From: Haliotis rubra | Taxonomy: Eukaryota | Reading direction: 5' to 3' | NCBI RefSeq assembly: GCF_003918875.1 | Contig: NW_025767457.1 | Coordinates: 310,001-374,000 of the forward strand | DNA length: 64,000 nucleotides | Shown here: positions 37,801 to 56,050 of the stretch, piece after piece | Layout of the letters: the number at the start of each line of letters is the position of its first letter | How positions within the stretch are numbered: the stretch's first letter is position 1 | The notes under the pieces: model-generated | What the model saw: the letters and a program-made list of their open reading frames with translations, nothing else | The model's database searches: none | Told to the model about the DNA's origin: nothing | Translations under genes and position numbers: made by a program

Positions 37801-40800
37801 TCCCCCACGGACCAATAGCCGCTTAATTTTTTGAACGATCGCGAGGGCAGGGGTTGAACTTTCCAAAGTGACAGTATTGTGTTGGCATTCATTTTGCTCT
37901 GTTTCTCTTTCCCGAATGCCGCAACAACAGCATTACTGCGTCTCAAGAATCGAACCCACTGACGTCACGGGACGTGGCACGTGCATGCATGTTGGATACA
38001 TGTCACTAATCTCTGAGTTTAAATCCTTATGTGTCTACACAGGTTTGATAAATTTAGATTTTAGATTTCTGTATGCACAGTTTCTTTATGTGCCTAGTAT
38101 ATATTTTGTGGTTATATTGCACTGTTTGAAATCAAAATATGTGTTTAATACACTTGCAGTGATTTCCATTATATTTTGAATTTGTTATCACCCCCATATA
38201 GCTGGAATATTGCTGAGTGTGGCGTTAAAGTAAACTCACTCATTCAAATTGTCTGTTATCGCTTGTTTCCTCCCACAGAGCGTTCTAGAACTGATGAGGG
38301 CGTCTGGACTCCAGCCCGACATGATGACGTTTGGAACTCTGGCCATGACATGCCGCCTCCAGAGAGATGGCATACAGTTCCTCAAAGACATGGAGGTGGG
38401 ACATATTCTGTTACTATATCACTGATAATAGAGGGTATTATATCTCCATTCTGTCTCAATACAATCATGGACCCATTTGGAAATTCAATTTACACAACAC
38501 AAGGGGGTGTTATCTCACCAAAATTGTGCTGATCTCAATGTGTACTGTACCCATTAAAACTTGGAATGCCTGACTCACAACCATACCCCTGCAATTGTAA
38601 TGTGGATCTCTCCCAAACACTCCTTAAGAAGAGTCATTTTGGTTGGCTGTTGACTTCAAGTTCAAGCTCCACAAGTGAGTGAGTTGAGTTTTGCGCCACA
38701 CTCCGCAACATTTCAGCTATATGGTGGCGGTCTGTAAATAATCGAGTCTGGACCAGACAGTCCAGTGATCAACAGCTTAAATATCGATATATGCAATTGG
38801 GATACGACATGTGTCAACCAAGTCAGCGAGTCTGACTACCCAATCCCATTAGTTGCCTCTTACGACAAACATAGGTTACTGAAGACCAATTCTAACCTGG
38901 ATCTTCATGGGTACAAGCTCAACAAGATAAGATAGGGTCATATACTGACAGAAATTACCTAAATGAAACTTTAAAGTTAATACTGCCATTTGAGGATTGT
39001 CCAAAGATCCTCATGCTAATCAGGTTTATCTCTGAAACAAATAAGTTATGATTAATAATTGTGTGTGACATCATTCTGTTTGTTCCATATGACAGCATTA
39101 TGGTATGGCACCAAACATTGAGGTTTTGGGGACACTGGCATATGCGAGTAATCTGGACTTTGGTTACAAGTCTGTCATCTTGAGAGAAGTCGAGAAGTAT
39201 GACCTCAGTCCTAACGACAAGTTTCTGGAGGTTGTGGAACGTAGTATTGCGGAGGCCAAACGAAGAACAGTCCAAGTGGTACGTAAACTCCTTTTTACTC
39301 CCTGTGTGTGGAGTTGTGCAAAACATATGAAGACATGCAGTTGTCATTAGGGCTGGATATTGCTCCGATTTTCATATCGCTATATATTGCAATAACTTCA
39401 GAGATATTGCAATATATATTGAATTGACTGGAAGGTTTCTGGCCAAGTGCGTACATGATAAATTCATAATAGCTCTCTGTGTGCGACATCATCTTCTTAG
39501 TTGTCGTTACACCATACTTTCAGGCTCCCCGTCCCCATTGTGTATGGCTGTATGCCAATGGTTTACAGATAAATAAAATGATATAGAGCTTTTATGTGGA
39601 ATATTAATTGAAGTATTGCAATAAAGTTTTGCGAACATAATGATAAAAGTAATAGTATAACATGATTTTCATGGTCAATACTAGTGTTGTTTGCTTCAAC
39701 AGAGTTCACCTCAATGCAGGATGTACTTATTGTTACGGTACGAGGGTCGATCAAAAAGTACGTAGCCTAACTATATTCTCGATGTCCAATGTTTGCATAG
39801 CTTCCATTTTATTTTGAAGGAATCGTTAGCAAAGCCATATCCAAAATTTCACATGTGTGGGTAATGTGGTTAACCAGATATTTGTCATCACAGCACATTG
39901 GGGTATAATATTTCTAACAAAATTGCAGAAAATGAAAAACGATTTGTCTTTTGGTATCTCTTGGATAATGGTATGCCCTCAGATAATGTCATATAAAATA
40001 TGTTCAGTATAGTATTGGATGACTTCCCGACATGATCAACAGTCAAAGATTTGGATTGCCTGATTTATATTTAGTCGGGGGCTATTTTTTAAGGACACCC
40101 CCATTTTAAACTTTCAAAGACATTGTGTCCAGATATTCAAGCTGGCACAGTTTACAATATATTGTCAGCTGACACTTGTGTGACCATTCAGTATTTAGTT
40201 TGAACCCTCGGCATCATGTATGCATAGGTGAAAACATTAGAATAAGCTATGCCCTTATGATTACGTCATCTGAAAGGGGGGATGGTTAGCGTCTCCAAAA
40301 CAAGCTCTTTCAGTCAACATGAAGGGTGGAGTCACTTTAACAAGCGATTGTAATTTCAAATTGCTTTTTTATGAACTTGAATATCTATGTGTGATTCTTG
40401 GGGACTTCTGTCAATCTCAAAACACACAAAATATTGCTTGCATATTTTGTTTCCTGACGTTTTTGATGCATTTATTGTAGATTTTGTGTTTTTTGAGGGT
40501 ACCAAGGTCAAACAAAATGGGGATCGAGAGACTGGAACATAGCAAAACCAAATTGCTTGAGCTTGACAGATAATATGTAGAAAAAAACAACAACATAAAA
40601 ATAACTGCATTTGTATCGTTTTCTTGTTGATTCTACATACTTTTTGATCGCCCCTCGTATGTCAGTGATTCATTCAGATTCAACTCCAATATAAACATGT
40701 GTTAACATGAACTATTGCAAAATGAAACAAAAACATGATTTAGGTGAACTACTTGAGCTTAAAAACTCATGTAACCTCCCAATGCTAAGATCCTTGACTA

Positions 40801-41765
40801 GAATGTCATTATACAGTCCTACAAAATTTATAAGACTTAAGCTTTTATGATAATTGATAACATATGTCCCATTATGAAACAAACAAAAATAATAAAATAT
40901 TTTGAATTGTGAAATGGTCCCTCAGAGCCAGAGGCTCTACTAATAAGGCCAAATAAAACATTGGCCCATTTGAGGCCACTTAATTCCTCCAAACTGTCAC
41001 ATATGAAACCATTCAAACCCACAAAACTTGGTAGAATATTTGGCTCTTTTGGAGCCACTTATAGAGATACTTCCACTTGTAAAATGTTACATGAAACCAA
41101 CTGAAATAAAAGTATATTTGACACTTTTAGAACACATATTGTTGCCATGGAAGTCAAGGGCATATAATTTCAACTCTTGATGACCCAATATATTGCAGAA
41201 TCTGAACCATATCGCGATAATCGTATCGCATATATACCGGTTTATCAGTAATATTGCACAGCCCTAGTTGTCATTACTCTACCACAGTTGTCCCTCGTCA
41301 TAACGTGGGTCTTGGGGTCCATGGATAAAGTTTGCCCCATGCATGTGTTGGTTTGAATCCTGCTCACACTTACCAGTTTCCCTACACACGCTGTGTCTTT
41401 GTCTTTAGTAGGTTTCAAACTTTTACCAGTTTGGCAATCATCACTTAGATGACTTTGTGGCCTGTATCAAGATGAATGTAAGTTTAACATCTCAACAACA
41501 ATTAGAATAGGGTCCTACCTACCTAAATAATCAGAACAAATTGTAACATCTATGGAATTCAAACCGAACTACCAATTTCTTCCAGGAGAAGGGCCTTGCC
41601 ACAGATAACTTCCTTACCTCACAGTACTTCCAGAAAACATTTATGAAGTTCCTGGACTACTATGAAACATGGTTGAAGAAGACGAAACCAAAGCAAGAGC
41701 CACACCCATGGAGTGATTTCAGGAAAACAGTTGATAAAAGTGATGTGACTGAAGCTACGAACTGA
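25859..41765 (+). CDS. PTCD1: pentatricopeptide repeat-containing protein 1, mitochondrial
   Basis: Coding exons 25859-26406, 26842-26959, 28613-28753, 30058-30375, 34724-35446 (several indels), 38279-38395, 39096-39278, 41586-41765. PPR motifs YTFTVLIGLLGRVGYTKKAFQLFNKMKKMGL, TYTSLFNACANSPW, TYQAMIKCYA, TFSFLLMACISD; C-terminal HPW; arginine-rich presequence-like N-terminus. Probable upstream non-coding exon near 25140-25190. Confidence 0.88.
27155..28178. mobile_element. degenerate hAT-type non-autonomous element
   Basis: 8-bp direct repeat GTTAGCAC at 27147-27154 and 28179-28186, degenerate TIRs, subterminal atcga repeats. Confidence 0.55.
27516..28067. mobile_element. Mutator-like (MULE) MITE nested in the hAT element
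   Basis: TIRs of about 60 bp (cattct...agaggttacttgtcatatcttcctacgaacctctgttctaata) and exact 9-bp TSD AAAGATAAC at 27507-27515 and 28068-28076. Confidence 0.85.
29105..29464 (+). mobile_element. SINE family C (about 360 bp, tRNA head, (CACCT)n tail)
   Basis: GACCGCCTCCGTGGTGTAGTGGTTAGAGCG head and TSD gttttgacag. A second copy lies at 56051-56408(-) with TSD gaagcggtgtaaga. Confidence 0.88.
30612..33703 (-). mobile_element. non-autonomous DIRS-type (tyrosine-recombinase class) retrotransposon
   Basis: Inverted terminal repeats of about 130 bp (30642-30768 vs 33568-33694). An internal complementary region (about 30917-31003) joins copies of both termini. Minus-strand RNase H remnant YINHQGSTGS...ARHIPRMRNVIADALSR...EW (32500-32790) and RS-rich gag-like remnant near 32900-33100. 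Confidence 0.85.
31111..31693 (-). repeat. about 116-bp tandem repeat (5 copies) inside the DIRS element
   Basis: Unit ggatccRactagcatagtacctatactagtgatgggttctcctgaaccccttgRcttactWggcatcatcgctcccaaggagtgggtgctcctgagcaatgtggtgttcggcccca; diverged copy at about 32090-32197. Confidence 0.93.
35692..35811. repeat. long imperfect palindrome
   Basis: atagaatctcacccaagtgtcttctgatttcaattatatc pairs with gatatatttgatatcagaagacacgagggtgagattctat. Confidence 0.75.
36672..38097 (-). mobile_element. decayed Tc1-family transposon
   Basis: TIR CTAGsCACATAAAGAAACTGTGCAT with TA flanks. Minus-strand transposase fragments: HTH QRQVAAHFHCHRNTISALVRRY, DRPRSGSPRVTT, FSQMSPD (frameshifted FTDESRF), QQDNA, LPWPA, HVWD. 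Confidence 0.9.
39348..41266. mobile_element. non-autonomous hAT element
   Basis: Termini TAGGGCTG...CAGCCCTA with exact 8-bp TSD GTTGTCAT at 39340-39347 and 41267-41274. Confidence 0.85.
39741..40657. mobile_element. mariner-type non-autonomous element nested in the hAT element
   Basis: TA|CGAGGGTCGATCAAAAAGTAcGTAG...CTACaTACTTTTTGATCGcCCCTCG|TA. Confidence 0.85.
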
Positions 41766-44700
41766 TCTGTGTTCATGATGATAAATACTTGAAGACAGCT
41801 GCTGTGCAATAACCAGTTAGTTTTCATATGAACACTGAGTATGTGTTATGTCTGCATGTATAGTTGTCACAACAATGTAATAGAAAAGTTAAAGGGCAAG
41901 TGTACACGAAAATTAACCTTTTGTCTTGCACTTTTCATCATAAAAGTGTTTATCAAGTAGTTTGATATCCAAACCCGTACATATATGATGACGTTGCAGT
42001 TTGAAAAACGTATACATTGTACTAAAAGTGTTACCACGTAACCAAATTGTATAACATATTCAACCTGAGTCGGTCGCCTTTCCAACAGTATACTTTTTCA
42101 GGAAACCTTAAACGTATGCGTGAGTGAGTGAGTTTAGTTTTACGCCGCACTCAGCAATATCCCAGCTATATGGCGGCGGTCTGTAAATAATCGAGTCTGG
42201 ACCAGACAATCCAGTGATCAACAGCATGAGCATCGATATGCGCAATTCGGAACCGATGACATGTGTCAACCAAGTCAGCGAGCCTGACCACCGATCCCGT
42301 TAGTCGCCTCTTACGACAAGCATAGTCGCTTTTATGGCAAGCACATATGGGTTGCTGAAGACCTATTCTACCCCGGATCTTCACGGGTACTTAAACGTAT
42401 GCACTACATCTTGCTTGCCATCGGTGAATGTGCCAGCATTCTACGTTTGTTACTAAAGATCTTACATAAATCGTACGATATGTCCCTCCTCTTCCACCTT
42501 CACTTTGATATCGATAGTACATATCCAAATACATCACGCAGAAAAATGCAATTTGCAGTTTTGAACACTGTTTGAAATTCGTTTTCTATGATATCATCCG
42601 CTCATTGTTGATAAAGTTTACTGAAAATTACATGCATCGTAAATCTCGCCAGTTTTGACACATTACTAAATCACCATTCACTGCGTTTTGCGTAATTTAT
42701 GGTTTGTCTTAATTCAAATGTCAAATTTTACTGGGAGAATTGAATTTAAAAGAAAAAGACGTGATCATTGTGATCAGCGGTAGTTTTGTTGTTGTATGAT
42801 CGAATCACCAATGCTCGTTCTGAAACATTATCGATGAACCTAGAATCGCTGAGAATGTCTTGGAAAATACGCAAACGTCAAAGTGAATTTTCAGCCATAT
42901 TACATAGTGTTTATAAAATCACGTCACATGTATGTCGGTTGTGTTTCGTCCATAAAATCAACTGTATAATTCAACACCATCTTCCTTACATGAATCCCTG
43001 AATTCCTCATACAGTTCAAAATAAACTGACAAATGGACTCTTGTCACCAATACGAAGTGTTTCAGTGAAATCTAACGAAATATATCGAGGATATGAGATG
43101 CCGCGCTGTGAAAGAATACTTGTTTGAAATGTATACAAAGCCAATCTCAGATTTTACACTGTGTATCCGTTCGCCTACTTGTTGCTCATTAGTTTTAGAA
43201 CATGCATGGGAAAGGTATCGTAGCAAGCGATAGTTAAATAAAACAGGTGTATTCCAATGATTTTCTAGATTCATCACGACATATTATAGTTTTGAAAGCA
43301 TGACGCCATAACTGACGCAAACTCACACACAACGATGACGGTACTTCTCTTAATTTCTGACTATTTCCCTTGGTCACAATGAAAACAAAAAGAAAATAAC
43401 AACCAGCAGACTGACAGAATTTTTGGACTACTTACATGTCACATTTATGCATATACGTTGCTTGAAACAACGAAAATTTCCTTCGAAAACTCCGGCGTAC
43501 TCGTGTCAGTGTACACGCCATTTTGAAAAAGTCGCTTCCCGATAGTGATGTCATACGGACGTCAACATTGTTATACATATTTGGTATTTTCATTGAGACG
43601 AGGTTATGAATGAAAATACACACGATCAATCCGTCCTGCTGCTTACATTTTCTGTTCTTGTGCTTCGTGTTTTCACAAACTTCTTTTCACGTGATTAATA
43701 TCAGTATTATTATCTTTTGATTTGGGACTAGACAGGAGACCAGTTTAAAATCAAGTGGCACCAATTACGTCATAATCAAAGGGCGGTAACTCTGGCCTGT
43801 TTAGCTCGGCAAACAAATACCTCATATTGGCATAACATTTCAGCACTTATTTTGAGGGTTATACTTACATTGTAAGAAAAATGAGTGTATATTTTCAAAC
43901 ATTGGTATTAACTAATTAAAACAGTTCACTTTGATTCACATAAGAATAAAAGTGATTTATTCGATAATACACTTCCCCTTTAACACAATTGTTTTGGTCA
44001 GTATATTACAAGATGATCTCAAGAATAGTGTCATCCTTGACACAAATACAAAGAGAACGAGAAGGTTTGGTTTGAGTAGTATTTCAGTTATATCAGAGTG
44101 TCAGCTTTATGTGGGACGAAAGGCCAAAGTGATGCAAGTGTTGAGTTTACCATTTTCAGAAACCCATAACAAGTGTCAGAAAGTAATGAATTATGTTATT
44201 TGAATTTTAATTATGAGAAGAAAATTAAGCCTTTTCCGTTTTTGCCAGTTCAACGATTACATACACCCAGCAGAAGCACCCGATTTCTTTGCTGTCGTAA
44301 GTGTGTAATTTTGATGAAACCACGTGCTGTCAGTGGTTTTTGACAGTGTGTGTGATTGTGCCTTGCCTTGCCTCGCAAGTGTTGCGGGAATGCCGAATGC
44401 CTGTCCTAAAACGTGAATGCCAGTAAACTTACACGAACTACCGGCGACTTCGTCTTCTTTTCAACAAGGGTATGGTGCTGCCAAGTACAGAAGACAGTCA
44501 GAGGGTGGTGAGGAACACGGAACAGGAAAGGTGTCTTTGTGCTCAAGACATGCACCTCCGCACAGCCAATTTATGTCCTCTGGATGACTACAGAAGTGGC
44601 ATGATGGCAACAGTTTTACATACCGGTTTTTGTAATCATGATAATATGTCAAAAAAATATTGCCAGTGTGTATAGAAAAATTGCATACCATAACCATTAT

Positions 44701-46351
44701 CTGCCTGGAATAAAATTCAGTAACAGTCTCAAATTGTTTTTCCATAATGTTCTGAACAAGTCTACAATACTTTGGCAAATTCAAATTCCTGTTTAGTGTA
44801 AATTTTCTTGTCTCCTTTCTGTTATATGTTTAACAACAAAATAAGAAAATACATCTTTAAATCATTTTCATTTCAGGGACTAAATGTTGGTCTAAATAAC
44901 AAATAGGTGAGATCTGATAAGCTTTGCATTTGAGTTAAACAGGAGAACCAAACTGCAACATGCTCAATTACTCCATTAAGTATAATTTGAGAGAGAGAGA
45001 GAGAGAAATGTTTCGCTGCAAAAAACACAGACAATGACATTGTATTACTCTTTAATGAATGCAAAAGCATTATAAATTAGTTCCCAATGTACAGAATCAA
45101 GCAGTACTTGAAAGTGAAACAGTATGGACAAGATTATGCAAGCTGGAATGTCCTCTATTTACAGATGTCATGACATATTTACAACATGTACAACCAATGA
45201 TGCTCAACAGAATACCCCCACATGCTGAAAGTCAAGCTAAGAACAGCTAAAAAAAGATGTGGTCCTGCGTATACAGAGAACCAGACCTACCCAGAACTGT
45301 TAGAACTGTCATGGATATGTAACAGTAATAACAACACTTCCCCAGGAGTATTTGTCATAATCCCTACAATGCTGGTCAACCCAAACTGTACTGACAATGA
45401 TATATCTGCCCAGGAGATGTGGGTATAACTGATTTATACCCACATTTGGTCAAGTTAATCCCAATGAACTTATTTAGTTCTTTTTTGACATCCACTTGTC
45501 AAGGTTATCTCTTTGTTTTCAGTACACCTGTACACAGCAATACACCTACACTTTCAACAAAGGACTGAGTGACTGAGTTTGGTTTTACGCCGCTTTTAGC
45601 AATATTCCAGAAACATCACGGCGGGGACACCAGAAATGGGCTTCACACATTGTGCCCATGTTGGGATTCGAACCCGGGTCTTCGGCGTGACGAGCCAACG
45701 CTTTAACCATTAGGCTACCCCACCGCCCCTTCAACAAAGGAAACTATAGCAGTGGTCCATAGTACTGGAGTCTACAACCTGACACGCAATCACACTTCAC
45801 TTGCCACTGCTGCAACATTTGTTCTATCATAATTTAATGTCCACTTTGTCATGATCACTAGTCTCTTACGTACAGCCATGTTCCTGGTCCAGACTCAATT
45901 GTTTACCGACTGCCGCCATATAGCTGGAACATTGCTGAGTGTGGCATTACACCAACCATCCTGGATATATATTAACAATTTACCAACTCATAAATATAAC
46001 AAATATCCCAACAAAAAATACTGCAGTATATGTACTTCTCTGAAGAAGTCAAAGAACCTTTGTCATGTGACTATAGCCATGTCCTGCCATGACAGATTAA
46101 CTATAATAATCGGAAATATCGGGCTGCTCTTTGATTTCTTTTGAGTTCGTTTTGAATGTCAGCAAACATGAATAGATATTTATAGCATAATCAAATTGAG
46201 TTTGATCAAGATTTCTTCAGACGTCATTACCAATTTGGATTTCAGAGTATGTCCACTACATGATTTATCAAACACTTGTTGCCCATTGCCAGCGTATCAT
46301 GACTGACCATGATAAAACTCAGATTTCCACTATAGTCTCTTATTCAAAGCT

Positions 46352-50615
<4,264 letters not shown>

Positions 50616-50966
50616 CGTAAACCTGTGAACGTCACACCGGAAGTGAGCACCTGCAAGCGGAAGTGGGACGTATCGAAAAATAATCGTATACAGAAACGAA
50701 TCTTTACTGCAGTGTAGCTTTATATGCATCTGCAATATACTCAAATTATAATAAATATATGATGATTCAATGTCATAACATAACATGTTGTGAATAATTG
50801 TAGAAATTATCTAAAAAACGAAAAAACAATCTTTTCTAATTCGATTTATTTTTCGTATCTACTACAAATCGTGTTTTTAGTGGGAAATCCCCGACACCAC
50901 GTGACAAGCCTGTCTCGTCCAGAGATTGTCTCACTGTTGCTAATTTGGGTGATACACATTTCTAAA
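50616..50966. promoter_or_regulatory. bidirectional promoter shared by TVP23 and PLD6
   Basis: About 350 bp between divergent ATGs, with tandem ETS motifs CCGGAAGT (50637) and GCGGAAGT (50657). Confidence 0.7.
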
Positions 50967-52726
50967 ATGCCTGACCGATCATTAATTGTTCGAGGCGCTT
51001 TCGTTTTTGGAACAACACTGGCGATAGGAGTGTTAACAGAGATTATTTACCAAGGTTTGACTTGGTGGAGAACACGAAGGAAAGTAAAGAACCGTTTTTC
51101 TAAAGTTTTATTTTTCCCTGACAAAGAAGTTGCATGTAAGGCCCATTTTCAAACACGAGAAGGTTGTAGTCATGTTAACTGCAGATATTCCCACAAGGAC
51201 ACATCGCTCAGTGAGCTGTACAAACACCTTGGCAGGGCTGAACGCAGTCTAGATGTGTGTGTGTTTGTGATATGTTGTCAGGATCTGGCAGACATACTGA
51301 TTCAGCTCCACAAGAAAGGAAAGGTGGTTAGGATCATCACAGATGACGAACAGATCGAGATGACTGGTTCACAGATATGGAGATTCAGGAAAGAAGGTGT
51401 GCATCCAACAGTTTGTTAGAAGTCTGTTGACGTTGTGAATTTCATATGTCAGGATGATCAAAGAACACCAGATGGGCCTATGCTTTACCATGGGCTCAAG
51501 GGTTAGATCTAGACACAAGTAGTGCCTTAGTTTTATCATTGTTATTAGGTGACATTGTATGCGAGATGACTGTTTGGGCAAGTAGATTTTCCTTCAAAGA
51601 CTAATTAATTGTGTGTGTAAAATGTTACATGTTCAGGGTACATATAATCATTAATTGATGTGGATAATATAATGAAATCAGCTGCCACTTTGAACGTGCT
51701 GATGCTTTAAATGTTCCTGCTTCCGAACATTGTAGAACATTAGAACATTTTAGAGGAACTAGAAGTAGTGACATCTGAAGAAATGTGTTTTCAGGACTGA
51801 TTTGGAAAATGCTTGATGTTGACTGGGAGAATTACATATGGTGCAGATATTATTGTTCTATAACCAAATAAGATTTTCCTTAAGAACTGTCACCAAGTGT
51901 TGATACTCTGAGCATGTTCTTTTACGTCTACTTGCCCAACGTTGGTCATGTTTTGTACATTCCATTGTTATAACAATTACTGTTGCTAACTTTGCTTACT
52001 AGACCAAACAGAATGTTACATGACCAGGGTCCCAATCCACACAGCATTTGTAACGTTAAGACCTTTCGTAACTGGACAGTTTACCATAGGCCTATGAATG
52101 TCATAGCCTTCCGAACACGTTGTGGCTGGGACCCAGGGTTTTAAACTAGTGATTAAAGTCTGGACCTGATCACTTTACAAGACTGAATGTGTTGGCATTG
52201 TTGATCTGTGTTACCTGTAGGTTTGTCAGCTTAAAATTTTATATGGTTTTGGTGATGATACTGGACAATCCTTGTATTTACATCCACTAACAATGTCAGT
52301 ATTCCTTAATATCAAGGATGCAGTAATACAAATCCCACAGCTGTAACGAAGAGCTGTATGGGAAGGAAAGTGTTTGTAACAATGTAAGTATGTGAGGCAT
52401 TTAAAGATGAAGCTTTGTTTGAACAATGTTCTTGTATTGTTGCAGGTATAAATGTCCGGACTGATCATTCATCATTCTTCATGCACCACAAATTTGTTAT
52501 TGTGGACAAAAAGATTCTCATCAATGGTTCTTTTAACTGGACGAGGAATGCAATCACGGGCAACCAGGAGAATCTGCTCATCACAAACAACCCAGACTTT
52601 GTCGGAGCATACCAGAAAGAGTTTGAAAAACTGTGGAAAGAATTTGATCCAAGAAACTTTAACAATTCAGACTTGCATAGAAGGAAACCACAGCAACCAA
52701 ACTCTTCACCAGCCACTTGGGACTGA
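50967..52726 (+). CDS. PLD6: mitochondrial cardiolipin hydrolase / Zucchini endonuclease (piRNA biogenesis), 236 aa
   Basis: Exons 50967-51396 and 52446-52726 (phase 1). N-terminal TM anchor, VLFFPD, zinc wing C-x9-C-x4-C-x3-H, SLDVCVF, single HKD motif MHHKFVIVD followed by GSFNWT and NQEN. Confidence 0.96.
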
Positions 52727-55700
52727 TGTTAGGATTCACTGCTGTGTTAGTTGCCGTCTTTCAGTTTCATAATTCTCGTCACATGATCGTCCATCATAGC
52801 AATTTCATTTTAAAAAACTTTTTACCGTGTTTTACCTGTTTTATTCACAATGAAGCAATACATGGATTCCCATGACATGTACATACTTTTAATGGAGTAC
52901 ATCAGTGTGTGACAATGAAGTGGCATTGATTGACAGAAATATACCAGCCATGCTTAATGTGTCAGATACTTCTTGCATAGCATAATGATTCATGCATACA
53001 TAATTTTGTGAGGTGTATGTTGTTTTATCATATCACATTCCGATCCATATTGTGTTTTTTATTATTTTGTTCAAAGGGGGTTTTGAATCCACTTGCTTGT
53101 TCACTCACTTTGTTTATCATTAGAAAATCCTTGAATAAGAATGTTAAAAGATTGTTGAAGTTAAACATTACTATTTAGGCCTGAATGATAGTTTCATTTG
53201 ATGATTGATGTACAGCGATATGTATTGTTTACTGAAGTTATAAGAAGGTCTATTTTCACTATTGCTCATCTTCATCCGGTGCACTTCTTAATGGGTTCAC
53301 ATGAGGCTAATAAGATATGTTCTATTTTTCAACACTTGTAAAATATACAGTTCAAAAGAACACCTGCTTGTTTCTGTCATGATTCTGCCAATTTCTAAAT
53401 TTCAGTTTCTAATTAGTCAAGGTTGTTTTAATATGCCTTGAAAAAAATTGGTACAAAAATATTAGTCATCTTCAGAACAATGAAGAGCTAAAAATATATT
53501 TGTTATATAGATATAATCATCTTGAATGTTCATTCAGTTAAATGGAAAGAAACCTACATTTGCAATATCATATGGTATCCCACTGAACACAAGTTTTATT
53601 TCAATACTATTGAAAAGTCAATTAAAATCTGGAATTTTCAATTTTTGGATTTGGTTCTTCAGTAGTTGCAGAAAACATTGACATGGCAACATAAAAGTAT
53701 TCAGACATGTCTTCCCTTTCTTATACTGGCATGTGCCTTTTTATTCTAATATATATACGTAAGGCTAAAACGACTGAAACGTGCTATTTGTTTTACTCAT
53801 TTACTTCATTTGAAGAATAGCAGAGCTATGAGCCAATATGAATGGTTCTGTTCTGTTTTGTATTACATTTCCAATAATCAGGTTTATGAGCTTGGGCCAG
53901 TTATTGGCTCATTTTCAAATGTTAGAAGAATACTCCCCTTTGGTGAAAATAATTCCAGCCTCAGACGATGACTGACGACACCAAATTTTATTTTGGACTA
54001 TAACTGGTACCATTCCTGGAAAAGCTATACTAAGGAAAACCTGAAGTGGGGACTTGAAACAAAATTCCCAACCAAGGGAGCTAACTCAACCGGCCATACT
54101 GAACTCAGATGTTTGTTTCGTTCATGGATGATAAAGAGTTCCCTCAATATTCCATATTTGATAGAATCGCACTTTCATAGCAATAATGACCTATTGGATA
54201 AGGTGTCTGCCTGGAGACGCAAGGTCGTTGGTTCGATTCCCGGACGTACGTATTCTTCAATAGCTATAAGAAGACAGCACTTCTTGTTACTCGGCCAAAG
54301 ACGTGTCCTCTCGGAGTTTGTACATTGTATCTGTGTTGGAGGTCCATATAAACCGTGAGTGAGTTTAGTTTTACGCCGCACTCAGCAATATTCCAGCTAT
54401 ATGGCGGCGGTCTGTAAATAATCGAGTCTGGACCAGACAATCCAGTGATCAACAGTATGAGCATCGATCTGCGCAATTGGGAAACGATGACGTGTGTCAA
54501 CCAAGTCAGCAAGCCTGACCACCCGATCCTGTTAGTCGCCTCTTACGACAAGCATGGGTTACTGAAGGCTCATTCTAACCCGGACCTTCACGGGTCCTAT
54601 GTTAAAACCGGAATTTGTACAATTGGACACACATGCATGCGCACGCAAAACATGAGCATGCATATCGCTTTTTAAATGCATTAATCTTGGACTGGACGTT
54701 AATCCCCACTGACCTGTGTTGATCCGTATCAGAATTGGTTTTCAGCAACCTATGCTTGTCGTAAGAGGCGATCGGGTGGTCAGGCTTGCTGACTTGGTTG
54801 ATACATGTCATCGTATCACAATTGCGTAGATCGATACTAGTGATCTTGATCACTGGATTGTCTGGTTCAGTATCGATTATTTACAGCCCGCCGCCATATA
54901 GTTGGGATATTGCTGAGTGCGGCGTTAAACAACAAACAAACAAACCATTTTCCCCCATACAACGGGGGACACAGATAATGTGTCTTCCACCGTCGGGATT
55001 CGAACTGGGGACATGGGCGTGGTCGTCCACGGAGTTCCCAAACACACTGCTCAGCAGAATGTAAAACACTGGCAGCTGGCACTTCGTTGTCGATACTTTA
55101 CTGAGAAGTTTATATAAATAAACTAATAAACTTCTCAGAAGTAGGCTTTACAAGCGGGATTATCCATACACTGGTGAAGCCCAGTGGTTTAAGTGTTCGC
55201 TCGTCACGCGATGACCCGGAATCGATTCTCTGCACGTGTACAATGTGTTAAGTCCATTCATGGCCTCCCCCACCGTGATATCACTCGTTCATACATTGGC
55301 TAATCATTTACTCTGATTATCGATACGTCCATCGAGGATCCGTAAGAGGCGACTAACGGGATCAGGTGGTCAGGCTTGCTGACTTGGTTGAAACATGTCA
55401 TCGGTTCCCAATTGCGCAGATCGATGCGCATGCTATTGATCACTGGATTGTCTGGTCCAGACTCGAATTTTGCAGACCGCCGCCATATAGCTGGAATATT
55501 GCAGAGTGCGGCGTAAAACTAAACTCACTCACTCCATCGAGGATAGGTTGAGGCACCACAGCACCCCACCCTCTGAGTTGTCAATATACCAATAACACCA
55601 CCAGATGCGAACCGCAGTGCCACATCAGGCACAACGATTTTCAAACATTCTTCTTTGAGACGTGGGTGTAGCCAGGAAATCTGTCTTTTGTTTTATGTGT

Positions 55701-56050
55701 TGAAGACCAATCCTTCTGAGAAATAAAGAGGTAACGAAAGTTTAATTTATCTTTTTTGAAAAGTATTATATTATGACTTGACTGATAACGTTCACAAGAG
55801 GCATCCCAATGGTGGCCTGAGAAGGAAATCATATGTAAAACAGAATGACCAATATAAAAATATGTTTTCAGGAATCTTGCAATATTTAAAATTGTTTGCT
55901 GTTAAATCATTAGTAGCAGTACTTACCTGAACGTTCTGTTTGTCATTATAGAAATGTGTGAGTATCAACTATGTGAAGATACTTTACGGATGACAAGTCC
56001 CTTATTGTATTAAGATGCAACGTTTCACTCTTGCTTGAAGCGGTGTAAGA

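Noticed and set aside
50790-50966. 59-aa N-terminal extension of PLD6 in the ORF track
   Set aside because: It starts at a non-ATG codon in promoter sequence; the ATG at 50967 directly precedes the expected membrane anchor.
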